From the IMG/VR virus record IMGVR_UViG_3300025853_007458: a DNA stretch of 64,000 nt; one strand, 5' to 3'. Position numbers and translations under genes: made by a program. Each line of letters opens with the position of its first letter. Position 1 is the first letter of the stretch. The notes beneath the pieces were generated by a model. That model was not told the DNA's origin. It saw only the letters and a list, made by a program, of their open reading frames with translations, and did not search any database. Below are positions 38,314-48,018 of this stretch, in pieces. The stretch is from an uncultured virus (IMG/VR IMGVR_UViG_3300025853_007458) (taxonomy: Duplodnaviria; Heunggongvirae; Uroviricota; Caudoviricetes).

Positions 38314-39258
38314 ATGTCAGATTTTCTATGGGTTGAAAAATACCGTCCTAAAAAAATATCAGAATGTATCTTAACTGAAGATTTAAAGAATACCTTTAGT
38401 AAGTTTCTAATACAAAAAGAAATTCCTAATCTTCTCCTTTCAGGCACAGCAGGTACGGGTAAGACAACAGTTGCTCGTGCCTTGTGTGAAGAACTAGGTG
38501 CTGATTATTTAATCATCAATGGTTCAGATGAAGGTAGACATATTGATACTTTACGTACCACAATCAAAAACTTCGCCTCTAGTGTATCACTAGAAGGTGG
38601 TTCTAATCATAAAGTTGTTATTATAGACGAGGCAGATTATATGAATGCTGATAGTGTTCAACCTGCGTTGCGTAATTTCATTGAAACGTTTTACAAGAAT
38701 TGTAGATTTATATTTACTTGTAATTTCAAAAACAAAATCATACCTGCATTACATAGTCGTTGTACAGTTATTGATTTTCGTATTACTAATGGTCAGAAAG
38801 TAAAAACTGCTACTGCATTTCTTAAAAGACTAGGTGATGTATTGAAGGCAGAGAATATAGAGTTTGATAACAAAGTACTTGCTGAACTAATACAAAGACA
38901 CTATCCAGACTTTAGAAGAACGATAAACGAATTACAAAGATATTCTGTAAGAGGTAAGATAGATAGTGGTATACTTGTATCTATGTCAGAAATCAATAAT
39001 AAACAATTGATTTCATTTCTAAAAGAGAAAAGGTTCGGTGATATGAGAAAATGGGTTGTTCAAAACCTTGATAAAGATCCATCTTCTTTGTTTACTGGTA
39101 TCTATGATATTCTATATAAACATCTACAACCTCAATCTATCCCTGCAGCCGTTCTAACAATTGCTGATTATCAATATAAATCAGCCTTTGTGGCAGACCA
39201 TGAGATAAATATGGTTGCGTGCCTAACACAAATCATGGCAGAATGTAAATTTAAATAG
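38314..39258 (+). CDS. gp44: Clamp loader large subunit
   Basis: LWVEKYRP, GTAGTGKT, IIDEAD and SRC motifs. Confidence 0.96.
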   Translation: MSDFLWVEKYRPKKISECILTEDLKNTFSKFLIQKEIPNLLLSGTAGTGKTTVARALCEELGADYLIINGSDEGRHIDTLRTTIKNFASSVSLEGGSNHKVVIIDEADYMNADSVQPALRNFIETFYKNCRFIFTCNFKNKIIPALHSRCTVIDFRITNGQKVKTATAFLKRLGDVLKAENIEFDNKVLAELIQRHYPDFRRTINELQRYSVRGKIDSGILVSMSEINNKQLISFLKEKRFGDMRKWVVQNLDKDPSSLFTGIYDILYKHLQPQSIPAAVLTIADYQYKSAFVADHEINMVACLTQIMAECKFK

Positions 39259-39266
39259 AGGATGAA

Positions 39267-39422
39267 ATGGCAAGAAGAACATTTTTTAGAACTTTGATAG
39301 TGAAGTTAAGAATGTGGTATGCTGATATAAGAGGTCATCACGGTAAGAGATGGGATTATGAACCAGGCGATTACTATATGGGTTCTCATAAAGGTCATAA
39401 GAAACACGAAAGAAAACACTAA
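39267..39422 (+). CDS. 51-aa basic His-rich peptide, not in the ORF track
   Basis: GAGG RBS, MARRTFFRTLIVKLRMWYADIRGHHGKRWDYEPGDYYMGSHKGHKKHERKH, TAA at 39420-39422. Confidence 0.6.
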   Translation: MARRTFFRTLIVKLRMWYADIRGHHGKRWDYEPGDYYMGSHKGHKKHERKH

Positions 39423-39428
39423 CAATGG

Positions 39429-39504
39429 GCCGCTTTAGCTCAGTTGGTAGAGCAACTGATTTGTAATCAGTAGGTCCGCGGTTCAAATCCGTGAAGCGGC
39501 ACCA
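39429..39504 (+). tRNA. tRNA-Thr(UGU)
   Basis: 76-nt cloverleaf: GCCGCTT/AAGCGGC acceptor, ACTGA-TTTGTAA-TCAGT anticodon arm, GGTTCAAATCC T arm, encoded CCA. Confidence 0.96.
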
Positions 39505-39515
39505 GAAATTATATT

Positions 39516-39914
39516 ATGATAGAATACAAATTATCTGATTATCTCAATGCACTTAACTGGACAAAAGTTAATTTGCTAGACGGAGATGATCTCACTTGGG
39601 AAAAGAAGTACCCACCATACGTAATAAATCGTTGTTTATCACAGCATGTTGACGCTATAATGATGGCAAATGAGATGAATTTTCATCACGGCCTCACCAA
39701 ACGTTTACAGTTTCATTTTCTACTAAATAGTATTCGTAAGAGAAAGAGGTTTGGTGGTAAGTGGACTACAACTACTAAATCAAAAAATTTAGAGTATGTA
39801 AAAGAATATTATGGTTATAGCAATGCAAAAGCAAAGGTAGCCCTTGACATACTGGATAAGAAACAATTGAATCTTATTAAGGAAAAACTTGATAAGGGTG
39901 GGAGAAAAAAATGA
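39516..39914 (+). CDS. gp62: Clamp loader small subunit
   Basis: YPPYVINRCLS, ANEMN and VKEYYGYS motifs. Confidence 0.92.
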   Translation: MIEYKLSDYLNALNWTKVNLLDGDDLTWEKKYPPYVINRCLSQHVDAIMMANEMNFHHGLTKRLQFHFLLNSIRKRKRFGGKWTTTTKSKNLEYVKEYYGYSNAKAKVALDILDKKQLNLIKEKLDKGGRKK

Positions 39915-40345
39915 GTGACGAGAATTTTAATTGGTCACCTGAGCAGATGTTAGAGGTTACACTCAAACAGCCAGATGACTTTCTAAAGATTAGGGAAACC
40001 TTGTCCCGAATAGGTGTTGCAAGTCGTAAAGATAAAACTTTATTTCAAAGTTGTCACATACTACATAAACAAGGTAAATATTACATAGTACATTTCAAAG
40101 AACTTTTTGCTTTAGATGGTAAGAAAGCTACATTAGTTGAGAATGATATTCAAAGACGTAACACAATATCAGTTTTATTACAAGATTGGAATTTATTATC
40201 TATAGTCAAATCAGAGGCTGCTGAAAACAAAGCACCTTTATCACAAATCAAAATTATTGCTTTCAAAGAAAAAAACGAATGGAATTTGCAAGCAAAATAT
40301 AACATCGGCAAGAAACAACCAACTGAAGAAAACAAAACTGAATAG
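39911..40345 (+). CDS. regA: Translational repressor RegA
   Basis: DDFLKIRETLSRIG and QSCHILHKQGKYYIVHFKELF motifs. Confidence 0.96.
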   Translation: MSDENFNWSPEQMLEVTLKQPDDFLKIRETLSRIGVASRKDKTLFQSCHILHKQGKYYIVHFKELFALDGKKATLVENDIQRRNTISVLLQDWNLLSIVKSEAAENKAPLSQIKIIAFKEKNEWNLQAKYNIGKKQPTEENKTE

Positions 40346-40354
40346 GAGTATATT

Positions 40355-40651
40355 ATGATTAGACTATACAGACTCTCATCTGGAGAGGACGTAATAGGTA
40401 CGCCACAAGAAAGTGATAGAGCAGATCACTTGGCAATAAAGAAACCTTTTGTATTAATACCAATGCAAGGACAACCAGGCAAACCTATGCAAATAGGATT
40501 TCATCCATACATACCATACACAAAGGATGAAGTTATACATATCAAAGAGGCAAATATAATTACTGACACTACACCAGATGATAATATGATTGGTGCATAT
40601 CAACAAAATACAGGTCAGATAGTTACACCTAAAGCAAAAATTATCACATAG
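40355..40651 (+). CDS. Conserved T4-like hypothetical protein
   Basis: YRLSSGEDVIG motif; between regA and gp43. Confidence 0.6.
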   Translation: MIRLYRLSSGEDVIGTPQESDRADHLAIKKPFVLIPMQGQPGKPMQIGFHPYIPYTKDEVIHIKEANIITDTTPDDNMIGAYQQNTGQIVTPKAKIIT

Positions 40652-40653
40652 TA

Positions 40654-40682
40654 TTGACTTTTAAAATCAATCGTGTTATAAT
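40654..40682 (+). promoter_or_regulatory. Sigma70-type promoter for gp43; transcript probably leaderless or nearly so
   Basis: TTGACT-17 nt-TATAAT ending 5 nt before the ATG at 40688; no SD. Confidence 0.65.
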
Positions 40683-40687
40683 AAGAT

Positions 40688-43189
40688 ATGAATTTGGCGA
40701 GTAGTTTTTATACAAATGTTGTAGAGCATAAAGGTAAACTTCTTATTAGAGGTGTCAATAATGGGCAATCTTATTTAAGTCGTATCAATTATAGTCCTAC
40801 ACTATACCTACCTACAAAAGAAGAATCAAAATATAAAACTTTAGATGGTACTAATCTAAAAGCAAAACGATTTGATTCTATATCAAAAGCAAAACATTTC
40901 TATAGTGAGTATGCACCTATACCAGAGTATAAAATCTTTGGTATGAATAGATACAACTATCAATACATCGCTGACGAATACAAAGGCGAGATGAAGTGGA
41001 ACAAAGACTACATTAAGATATTCACACTTGATATAGAAACCGAGTGTGAAGGTGGCTTTCCCGATCCAGATACTGCAAAAGAAACGATTATTTGTATCAC
41101 TATAAAAAATCACAGCAATAAACAGATTATCACATGGGGTACAGGTGACTTCATTTCTAAAAAGACAAATGTAACTTATGTAAAATGTCAAAATGAAAAG
41201 CACATGTTGCTAGAGTTTCTAAAATTCTGGTGTAAGAATCATCCTGATATTCTAACAGGTTGGAATGTAAAGTTTTTTGATATGCCTTATCTTATGAATC
41301 GTATGAGATATATCTTTGATAATGATACAATCAATAAAATGTCACCATGGAATTATGTCAACGCAGATAGAATACAACTTGGTAATAAAAGCAATCAAAT
41401 ATGGAATATACTAGGTGTATCTGTACTAGATTATTTTGATCTGTATAAAAAGTTTACATATGTCCGACAAGAAAGTTATAAACTTAATTACATTGCTAAG
41501 GTAGAACTAGGCGAACAGAAATTAGATAACCCATATGAAACGTTTAAAGATTTCTATACAAAAGATTATCAAAGGTTTGTAGAGTACAATATACAAGACG
41601 TAGAACTTGTTGATAGACTCGAAGACAAAATGAAACTGATTGAGTTATGCCTGACTATGGCATATGATTACAAGGTAAACTATACAGATGTTTATTCACA
41701 AGTAAGGTGTTGGGATACAATCATCTATAATCATTTACTTACAAAAAATATTCAAATACCACCTAGAGAAGATCAGATTAAGGACACACAATACGAAGGT
41801 GCATATGTAAAAGATCCACAACTAGGTTTGCATAACTGGATTGTTTCGTTTGATTTAAACAGTTTGTATCCACACTTAATTATGCAATACAATATTAGTC
41901 CTGAAATGTTTGTAGGTACAGAACCTAAAGCAGTAGGTGTAGAAAATTTTTTAGATGAAAGATTAAATCTCAAATGGGCAAAAGATCGTAATGTGACTAT
42001 TGCACCAAACGGTGCCATGTTTAAAAGAGATAAACAAGGTTTCTTACCTGAACTTATGGAGAAGATGTACACCGAACGTGTAGTATATAAGAAGAAGGCA
42101 ATTGAAGCCAAGAAAGAATATCAAAAGACAAAAGACCCAATCTATTCAAACGAGATTTCTCGTTGTCACAATATACAGATGGCAAAAAAGATTTCACTTA
42201 ACTCTGCTTATGGTGCTATTGGCAATCAATATTTCAGATACTTTGATGTAAAACAGGCAGAGGCAATTACACTAGGTGGCCAGTTATCTATTCGTTGGAT
42301 AGAACGTGACGTAAATAAATTTATGAACAAGTTGCTAGGCACAGATAATAAAAACTATGTTGTGGCGTCTGATACAGATTCAATCTATCTAAAATTAGAT
42401 ACACTTGTTGAAAAAGTTTGCAAAGGTAAATCAACAAAACAAATAGTTGACTTTTTAGATAAAGCAGCTGAAGAAAAAATACAAAAAGTTATTGATAGTA
42501 GTTTTGAAAATCTTGCAAAATATGTAAATGCTTATCAACAAAAAATGATTATGAAACGAGAAGCAATTGCTAACAAAGGTATATGGGTTGCTAAAAAACG
42601 ATATATGATGAATGTATTTGATGAAGAAGGTGTCAAATATGATATACCTAAACTAAAGATTATGGGCGTAGAAGCAGTTAAGTCATCCACACCTGAAGTA
42701 TGTAGAGGTAAGATTAAGGATGCTATTCGTGTAATTATGAATGACAGCGAAGACGCTCTAATAAAATTCGTAAATGACTTCAAAGAAGTCTTTATGACAC
42801 TCTCGCCAGAGGAGGTTGCCTTTCCTAGAAGTTGTAATAATCTCAACAAATACATTGACAGCAATTCAATTTATAAGAAAGGCACACCTATACATGTCAA
42901 AGGTGCATTGATATATAATCATAATATTAGTAAACACAAACTAGGTATGAAATATCCTTATATACAAGATGGCGATAAAATTAAATTCTTAATGTTAAAA
43001 CAACCTAATACAGTTAAAGATACAGTTATATCTTTCTCTACAAAAATACCATATGAGTTTGAATTACACAAGTACGTAGATTACGATACACAATTTCAAA
43101 AAACATTTACTGATCCGTTGAGATTTATACTTGACTCGATAGGGTGGAAGTTAGAACGTGAGGCCACACTTGAAAGTTTCTTTGAATGA
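40688..43189 (+). CDS. gp43: Family B DNA polymerase
   Basis: Exonuclease DIET; SFDLNSLYP, KISLNSAYG and ASDTDS motifs. Confidence 0.98.
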   Translation: MNLASSFYTNVVEHKGKLLIRGVNNGQSYLSRINYSPTLYLPTKEESKYKTLDGTNLKAKRFDSISKAKHFYSEYAPIPEYKIFGMNRYNYQYIADEYKGEMKWNKDYIKIFTLDIETECEGGFPDPDTAKETIICITIKNHSNKQIITWGTGDFISKKTNVTYVKCQNEKHMLLEFLKFWCKNHPDILTGWNVKFFDMPYLMNRMRYIFDNDTINKMSPWNYVNADRIQLGNKSNQIWNILGVSVLDYFDLYKKFTYVRQESYKLNYIAKVELGEQKLDNPYETFKDFYTKDYQRFVEYNIQDVELVDRLEDKMKLIELCLTMAYDYKVNYTDVYSQVRCWDTIIYNHLLTKNIQIPPREDQIKDTQYEGAYVKDPQLGLHNWIVSFDLNSLYPHLIMQYNISPEMFVGTEPKAVGVENFLDERLNLKWAKDRNVTIAPNGAMFKRDKQGFLPELMEKMYTERVVYKKKAIEAKKEYQKTKDPIYSNEISRCHNIQMAKKISLNSAYGAIGNQYFRYFDVKQAEAITLGGQLSIRWIERDVNKFMNKLLGTDNKNYVVASDTDSIYLKLDTLVEKVCKGKSTKQIVDFLDKAAEEKIQKVIDSSFENLAKYVNAYQQKMIMKREAIANKGIWVAKKRYMMNVFDEEGVKYDIPKLKIMGVEAVKSSTPEVCRGKIKDAIRVIMNDSEDALIKFVNDFKEVFMTLSPEEVAFPRSCNNLNKYIDSNSIYKKGTPIHVKGALIYNHNISKHKLGMKYPYIQDGDKIKFLMLKQPNTVKDTVISFSTKIPYEFELHKYVDYDTQFQKTFTDPLRFILDSIGWKLEREATLESFFE

Positions 43190-43329
43190 TAGATTTTTTT
43201 CTAGTTATGGTTATGGCACATTGGGGTTACGCAACAGGAGGCATACTTGCAATTAAAACTGATTGGAGTATTCCTAGATTTTTAATTATTATATTATTGA
43301 TATGGACATTGATAAAAAGTATAGTGTAA
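43186..43329 (+). CDS. 47-aa hydrophobic peptide, not in the ORF track
   Basis: ATGA overlap with the gp43 stop; MIDFFLVMVMAHWGYATGGILAIKTDWSIPRFLIIILLIWTLIKSIV. Confidence 0.5.
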   Translation: MIDFFLVMVMAHWGYATGGILAIKTDWSIPRFLIIILLIWTLIKSIV

Positions 43330-43841
43330 TATACGCTGACCCACCATGGTCTTTTAAAACATATTCAAACAAGGGTAAAGATAGAAGTCCTGAAAAACAT
43401 TACAATGTTATGAACTTTAAAGACATATGTAATTTACCTGTAAATAATATAGCAAATGATAATTCAGTATTATTAATGTGGGTAATTGACCCTATGTTAG
43501 ATAAGGCCTTTGAAGTGATTAATGCTTGGGGGTTTAAATACAAAACTGTAGCCTTTACGTGGGCAAAGACAAATAAAAAATCTGAAGGTTTTTTCACAGG
43601 TCTAGGTTATTGGACTAGAGGTAATCCTGAAATGTGTTTACTTGCAACAAAGGGCAAACCTAAAAGACTATCAAAAAGTGTGCCACAACTAGTTGTAGAA
43701 AAACGTAGAGAACATAGTAGAAAACCAGATATAATGTACAATCATATAGAGAACTTATTGGAGGGACCTTATATAGAACTATTTGCTAGAACGCAAAGAA
43801 GTGGTTGGGATAGTTGGGGAAATCAAACAGATAAGTTTTAA
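43302..43841 (+). CDS. MT-A70-family adenine methyltransferase
   Basis: IYADPPW, HSRKP, IELFAR and GWDSWGN motifs. Confidence 0.9.
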   Translation: MDIDKKYSVIYADPPWSFKTYSNKGKDRSPEKHYNVMNFKDICNLPVNNIANDNSVLLMWVIDPMLDKAFEVINAWGFKYKTVAFTWAKTNKKSEGFFTGLGYWTRGNPEMCLLATKGKPKRLSKSVPQLVVEKRREHSRKPDIMYNHIENLLEGPYIELFARTQRSGWDSWGNQTDKF

Positions 43842-43842
43842 T

Positions 43843-43935
43843 ATGCAATTGACAATAGCAATAGTATGTGTTATAATGATATATGGATTTATATATTGGA
43901 TGCTAAGAAAGTGGAATGATGAACTACCTAAGTAA
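43843..43935 (+). CDS. 30-aa single-TM peptide, not in the ORF track
   Basis: MQLTIAIVCVIMIYGFIYWMLRKWNDELPK; fills the gap but also contains a promoter. Confidence 0.35.
   Translation: MQLTIAIVCVIMIYGFIYWMLRKWNDELPK
43849..43877 (+). promoter_or_regulatory. Consensus sigma70-type promoter
   Basis: TTGACA-17 nt-TATAAT upstream of the methyltransferase at 43916. Confidence 0.65.
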
Positions 43936-45178
43936 ATACGCAGACGAAAATAGATTACCTATAATGGATCAACAGACCTTTGAAACGGTCACTAACGATA
44001 TAGGTAAAGAAAAATTTAGGCTAGACCTTGCAGAATATATTGCAGAATACAGACCAACGTTTCCTCTAAAGAAGATTTCATACGAAGCAATGCGTCAGGC
44101 ATTTAAGTCTTTACAAAAACAAGATGTATGGGAGTTTGTAAAACCTATAGAACTATTAGAAAAAAATGTAAAAGAAAAATATGATGATTACAAATATAAT
44201 TTTAAAGATAATGGTCTAGGTATCATAGACGCACCATCTAATTTCAATGACATATCAAATTACTTTCATCAACATTTAAGATTGAATTGTGGTAGTTTTG
44301 GTTTCAAAGCACCTATAGATGTATGGGAGCAGGGTACAGCAAAAGATATATGGCGTTGTCTAGGTCCTATATGGCGTGGTATCAATGGTATGAAACCTGT
44401 TGAAGTAGATAACAAAATAGAATTAAGAGGTGGTAGATTAGATGATAAGAGTTACATGTCAGCGTTTAGATTAGGTACATATATTGCAACACAATTTAAA
44501 CCTAATGTAGCAAAGACAATCTATCAGATGACAAATGCTAAAAGAGTATTAGATACATCATGTGGATGGGGCGATAGACTTGCAGGTTTCTTTACTAGTG
44601 ACGCTGAAGAATATATCGGCTGTGATCCTAATCCCAATACTTACAAACAATATTTAAAACAAGTAGAAACATATAATAGTTTCTTATCTAAACCTAAAAA
44701 GGTAACTATCTATAACTGTGGTGCTGAAGACTTACCATGGGATAAAATTGATAATATAGATTGTGCATTTACAAGTCCACCATACTTTTCTACAGAAAGG
44801 TATAACGAGGGTGGTGAAAAAGAAGAAAATCAATCATGGCATAAGTTTGATGAATATTCTAAATGGCGTGATGACTTCTATCTACCTGTTGCTCAAAAGA
44901 GTTTTGAGAGATCAAAGCATATGTTTGTAAACATTATGGATCCTAATATAAAAAACAAAAGATATTATAGTAGTGATGAACTTGTTGATAGTTTAAAAGA
45001 TAACTTTGTAGGTCAGATAGGTATGAGGATTATGCAACGACCTAAATCAGATAAACTATTTGAAAGTGACGAAGAAAAAGCAGAGTTTATGAATAGAATA
45101 TATATTGAAAACGTATGGTGTTTTTCAAAAGAAAAATTAGATTACTTTAGGCACAGTAGAAGGGCAACATTATTTTGA
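43916..45178 (+). CDS. Amino DNA methyltransferase-like protein, distant paralogue of 30568..31647
   Basis: QFKPNVAK, VLDTSCGWGDRL, YIGCDP and FTSPPYF motifs. Confidence 0.78.
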   Translation: MMNYLSKYADENRLPIMDQQTFETVTNDIGKEKFRLDLAEYIAEYRPTFPLKKISYEAMRQAFKSLQKQDVWEFVKPIELLEKNVKEKYDDYKYNFKDNGLGIIDAPSNFNDISNYFHQHLRLNCGSFGFKAPIDVWEQGTAKDIWRCLGPIWRGINGMKPVEVDNKIELRGGRLDDKSYMSAFRLGTYIATQFKPNVAKTIYQMTNAKRVLDTSCGWGDRLAGFFTSDAEEYIGCDPNPNTYKQYLKQVETYNSFLSKPKKVTIYNCGAEDLPWDKIDNIDCAFTSPPYFSTERYNEGGEKEENQSWHKFDEYSKWRDDFYLPVAQKSFERSKHMFVNIMDPNIKNKRYYSSDELVDSLKDNFVGQIGMRIMQRPKSDKLFESDEEKAEFMNRIYIENVWCFSKEKLDYFRHSRRATLF

Positions 45179-45846
45179 TAGAAATAGCAGATATAAATTT
45201 AACAAACTTATGTAACGCTAGATGTCCACAATGTCAAAGAACATCGCCACATGGTTTACATACAGCTATGAAATTACCATTAACAACTTGGTCGTTGTTA
45301 GATTTTAAAAACTATTTTCCTAAAAATACTTTAGATGATATGAAAGAATATAGTTTTTGTGGCACATATGGTGATCCTTTGATGGCAAAAGATTTAGAGT
45401 CAATTGTATATTACATAATGGATAATTCAAATGCAAAAGTTATAATTACTACAAATGGTAGTATTCGTAAAGATGATTTCTATATAAGATTAGGAAAATA
45501 TTGTGGTAGAAGATTATCAATGGTTATAGATGTAGATGGTGTAGATGAACAAATGCACCAGAAGTATAGACGAGGTACATCATTAAAAAAATCATTATCT
45601 GCTTTAAAAGCATTATCTACTACAAATGCTATTCCTTTATCACAAACCGTTTTGTTTAAACATAATGAAAATTATGATAGACAAATAAAAAATCTAGCAC
45701 TTAAAAATGGTTCTCACAATCATGTATCGTATCCATCAGATAGATTTGATTTCTTACATGGTGATTTAAATACATTTAATTTTACAAATGAAGATGGTGA
45801 ACATGAAATATTAGAGAGGGCTGTACATGTCAAAAATTATATGTAA
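45175..45846 (+). CDS. Radical SAM protein, core domain only; TTG start
   Basis: CNARCPQC, FCGTYGDP and TTNGS motifs. Confidence 0.75.
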   Translation: MIEIADINLTNLCNARCPQCQRTSPHGLHTAMKLPLTTWSLLDFKNYFPKNTLDDMKEYSFCGTYGDPLMAKDLESIVYYIMDNSNAKVIITTNGSIRKDDFYIRLGKYCGRRLSMVIDVDGVDEQMHQKYRRGTSLKKSLSALKALSTTNAIPLSQTVLFKHNENYDRQIKNLALKNGSHNHVSYPSDRFDFLHGDLNTFNFTNEDGEHEILERAVHVKNYM

Positions 45847-46123
45847 ATGGAAAGAATTAAAAAGATGTATGATTAATCCTGATGGTCAAGTCTTTCAATG
45901 TTGTTATCTAAAAGAAGATTTTCCAACAAATCATTTTAGAACTGATTGGGCAAATGATCCAGTAATAAGTAAATACAATTTTGATGAAAATAACTTAAAG
46001 AATCATACGTTGAAAAACATATTAAATAATGAATGGTTTACTAAAATTTTGCCAGATAGTTGGAAGAATCCTGATACAGCACCTGTTGCTTGTCAGATCA
46101 ATTGTAAGGTTAATGACGCTTGA
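45827..46123 (+). CDS. Stand-alone SPASM/twitch-like Fe-S domain protein
   Basis: C...INPDGQVFQCCY...C...C pattern; own GAGGG RBS. Confidence 0.65.
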   Translation: MSKIICKWKELKRCMINPDGQVFQCCYLKEDFPTNHFRTDWANDPVISKYNFDENNLKNHTLKNILNNEWFTKILPDSWKNPDTAPVACQINCKVNDA

Positions 46124-46147
46124 CAATAAACACAAATATGATATAAT
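46120..46147 (+). promoter_or_regulatory. Sigma70-type promoter for uvsX-gp41
   Basis: (CGC)TTGACA-16 nt (ending TGA)-TATAAT. Confidence 0.7.
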
Positions 46148-46157
46148 AGATACAATT

Positions 46158-46183
46158 AAGGAGAATTAATAAGGAGAATTAAT
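46158..46183 (+). repeat. Tandem 13-bp duplication of the uvsX ribosome-binding site
   Basis: AAGGAGAATTAAT x2 directly before the ATG at 46184. Confidence 0.9.
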
Positions 46184-47203
46184 ATGAGTGATTTTTTAAA
46201 AGACATAATAAAAGAAACTGGTAATGAATATGCCACACTAGTAAGTGAGGGTGTAGAAGCAGGTGACGTTGATTCGTTTATTGACACAGGTTCTCACGCC
46301 CTAAATGCTTTACTATCAGGATCAATCTATGGTGGTATGCCATCAAATAAAATTACAGCAATTGCAGGTGAAGCTGCAACAGGTAAAACTTTCTTTGCAT
46401 TAGGAATAGTAAAAGCATTTTTAGAAAAAAACAAAGACGCAGGTGTGATTTACTTTGAATCAGAAAGTGCCTTAACAAAAGAATTAGTTGAAAGTCGTGG
46501 TATAGACAGTAGCAGAATGGTTATTGTACCAGTTGCCACAGTACAAGAGTTTAGACATCAATCAATTAAAGTGATTGACAAATATATAGAACAAGACGAG
46601 AAAAGTAAAAAACCTATTATGTTTGTTTTAGATAGTTTAGGAATGTTATCTACTACAAAAGAAATGGAAGATACTGCCGAAGGTAAAGAAACAAGAGATA
46701 TGACTAGATCGCAGATTGTAAAAGCTGCATTTAGAGTATTAACTTTAAAACTTGGCAAAGCAAAAGTACCTATGATTATGACCAATCATACATATGATGT
46801 AATTGGTTCTATGTTTCCTCAAAAGGAGATGGGTGGTGGCTCTGGCCTTAAATACGCTGCAAGTAATATAGTATATCTATCTAAACGTAAAGAGAAAGAT
46901 GGCAAAGAAATCATTGGTAATATTATTCATTGTAAAAATTACAAGTCAAGGTTGACAAAAGAAAATGCTATAATTGATGTAAGATTAACATACAAAGATG
47001 GCCTTGATAAGTACTATGGGTTATTAGAACTTGCTATCAAACATAACATATTTAAATCAGTATCAACAAGAATAGAACTACCTGATGGATCAAAACAATA
47101 TGCTAAAACTATCAATAATGAACCTGATAAATTCTTTACTAAAGATGTTCTCGCTCAAATTGACGAGGCAGCCAAAAAAGAATTCCTCTATGGCACAGAA
47201 TAG
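46184..47203 (+). CDS. uvsX: RecA-like recombinase UvsX
   Basis: [17 protein letters not shown] and [12 protein letters not shown] motifs. Confidence 0.95.
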   Translation: MSDFLKDIIKETGNEYATLVSEGVEAGDVDSFIDTGSHALNALLSGSIYGGMPSNKITAIAGEAATGKTFFALGIVKAFLEKNKDAGVIYFESESALTKELVESRGIDSSRMVIVPVATVQEFRHQSIKVIDKYIEQDEKSKKPIMFVLDSLGMLSTTKEMEDTAEGKETRDMTRSQIVKAAFRVLTLKLGKAKVPMIMTNHTYDVIGSMFPQKEMGGGSGLKYAASNIVYLSKRKEKDGKEIIGNIIHCKNYKSRLTKENAIIDVRLTYKDGLDKYYGLLELAIKHNIFKSVSTRIELPDGSKQYAKTINNEPDKFFTKDVLAQIDEAAKKEFLYGTE

Positions 47204-47477
47204 ATACGTCTTTGCTCAACGTGATGTTGATGATTATAGTTGTATAAAGATTGTAGAGGGCCCTTATAAAGACATCATATACACATATGGTCATGTAAAG
47301 TTTGCCTCGGAAGAAAATGCTCAAGGTGAGTTGCCTTTAAAGTTTGATTATGATATTAAGAAGAATCCTAATGATGTTGATACTACAAGTGAAGATTTTA
47401 GAAATTACATAGGTGATATATTAATAGAGGTCGTAGAAAAACAATTAGAGAATGGTCAAATTAAGTTTCAAAAGTGA
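47190..47477 (+). CDS. Conserved hypothetical protein at the gp40 position; start likely 47190 rather than 47085
   Basis: In-frame ATG at 47190 (MAQNRY...) removes most of the overlap with uvsX. Confidence 0.55.
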   Translation: MAQNRYVFAQRDVDDYSCIKIVEGPYKDIIYTYGHVKFASEENAQGELPLKFDYDIKKNPNDVDTTSEDFRNYIGDILIEVVEKQLENGQIKFQK

Positions 47478-48018
47478 TTACATATGTACATATAAAAATG
47501 TACTTAAAAAGGATCAATGTCAACACCTTATAGATAAGTTTGAAGATTCGCAACATCAACAATCCAAAACAAATTTAAAAGGTCATATGTCATTTACAGA
47601 AATTAATCTTAACATGTTTTCAGACTGGAAAGAGTATTCAGATTTAATCTTTCCTAAATTAAGACAGGTTGTTGACAAATATGTAAAAGATGTTAATATA
47701 GACTCATTAAAACAATGGCCAGAAAAGTTTGGCTTTGAACAGATAAGATTTAAGAAGTATGAACCTAACAATGAAGATGAATTCCAAACACATGTAGATG
47801 TGACTAACTATAATAGTGCTAGAAGATTTTTAGTTTTTTTTATGTATTTAAATAACAATGATGGCGGCGAAACAACATTTCCTGATTATGATATATCAGT
47901 TAAACCAGAGGCAGGTAAGGTGCTCGTATTCCCACCATTGTGGACATTTAGACACGCAGGACAGAAACCAATCAATCAACCAAAGTATATTATAGGGAGT
48001 TATCTACATTATGTTTGA
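47452..48018 (+). CDS. 2OG-Fe(II) oxygenase, prolyl-hydroxylase-like
   Basis: HVD, YLNNNDGGETTF, FPPLWTFRHAG and KYI motifs. Confidence 0.88.
   Translation: MVKLSFKSDYICTYKNVLKKDQCQHLIDKFEDSQHQQSKTNLKGHMSFTEINLNMFSDWKEYSDLIFPKLRQVVDKYVKDVNIDSLKQWPEKFGFEQIRFKKYEPNNEDEFQTHVDVTNYNSARRFLVFFMYLNNNDGGETTFPDYDISVKPEAGKVLVFPPLWTFRHAGQKPINQPKYIIGSYLHYV

Noticed and set aside
39286..39486. Minus-strand 66-aa ORF (MNRGPTDYKSVALPTEL...)
   Set aside because: Antisense translation of the tRNA-Thr gene.
39429..39504. tRNA as a prophage attachment site
   Set aside because: No integrase, no duplicated tRNA 3' end noticed, and phage core genes continue on both sides.
40688..43189. Intein or intron in DNA polymerase (also considered for gp17, gp41, uvsX)
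   Set aside because: Lengths are normal, frames are continuous and no splicing or homing-endonuclease motifs are visible.
47085..47189. N-terminal extension of the ORF after uvsX
   Set aside because: Overlaps uvsX by more than 100 nt; the ATG at 47190 gives a normal short overlap.
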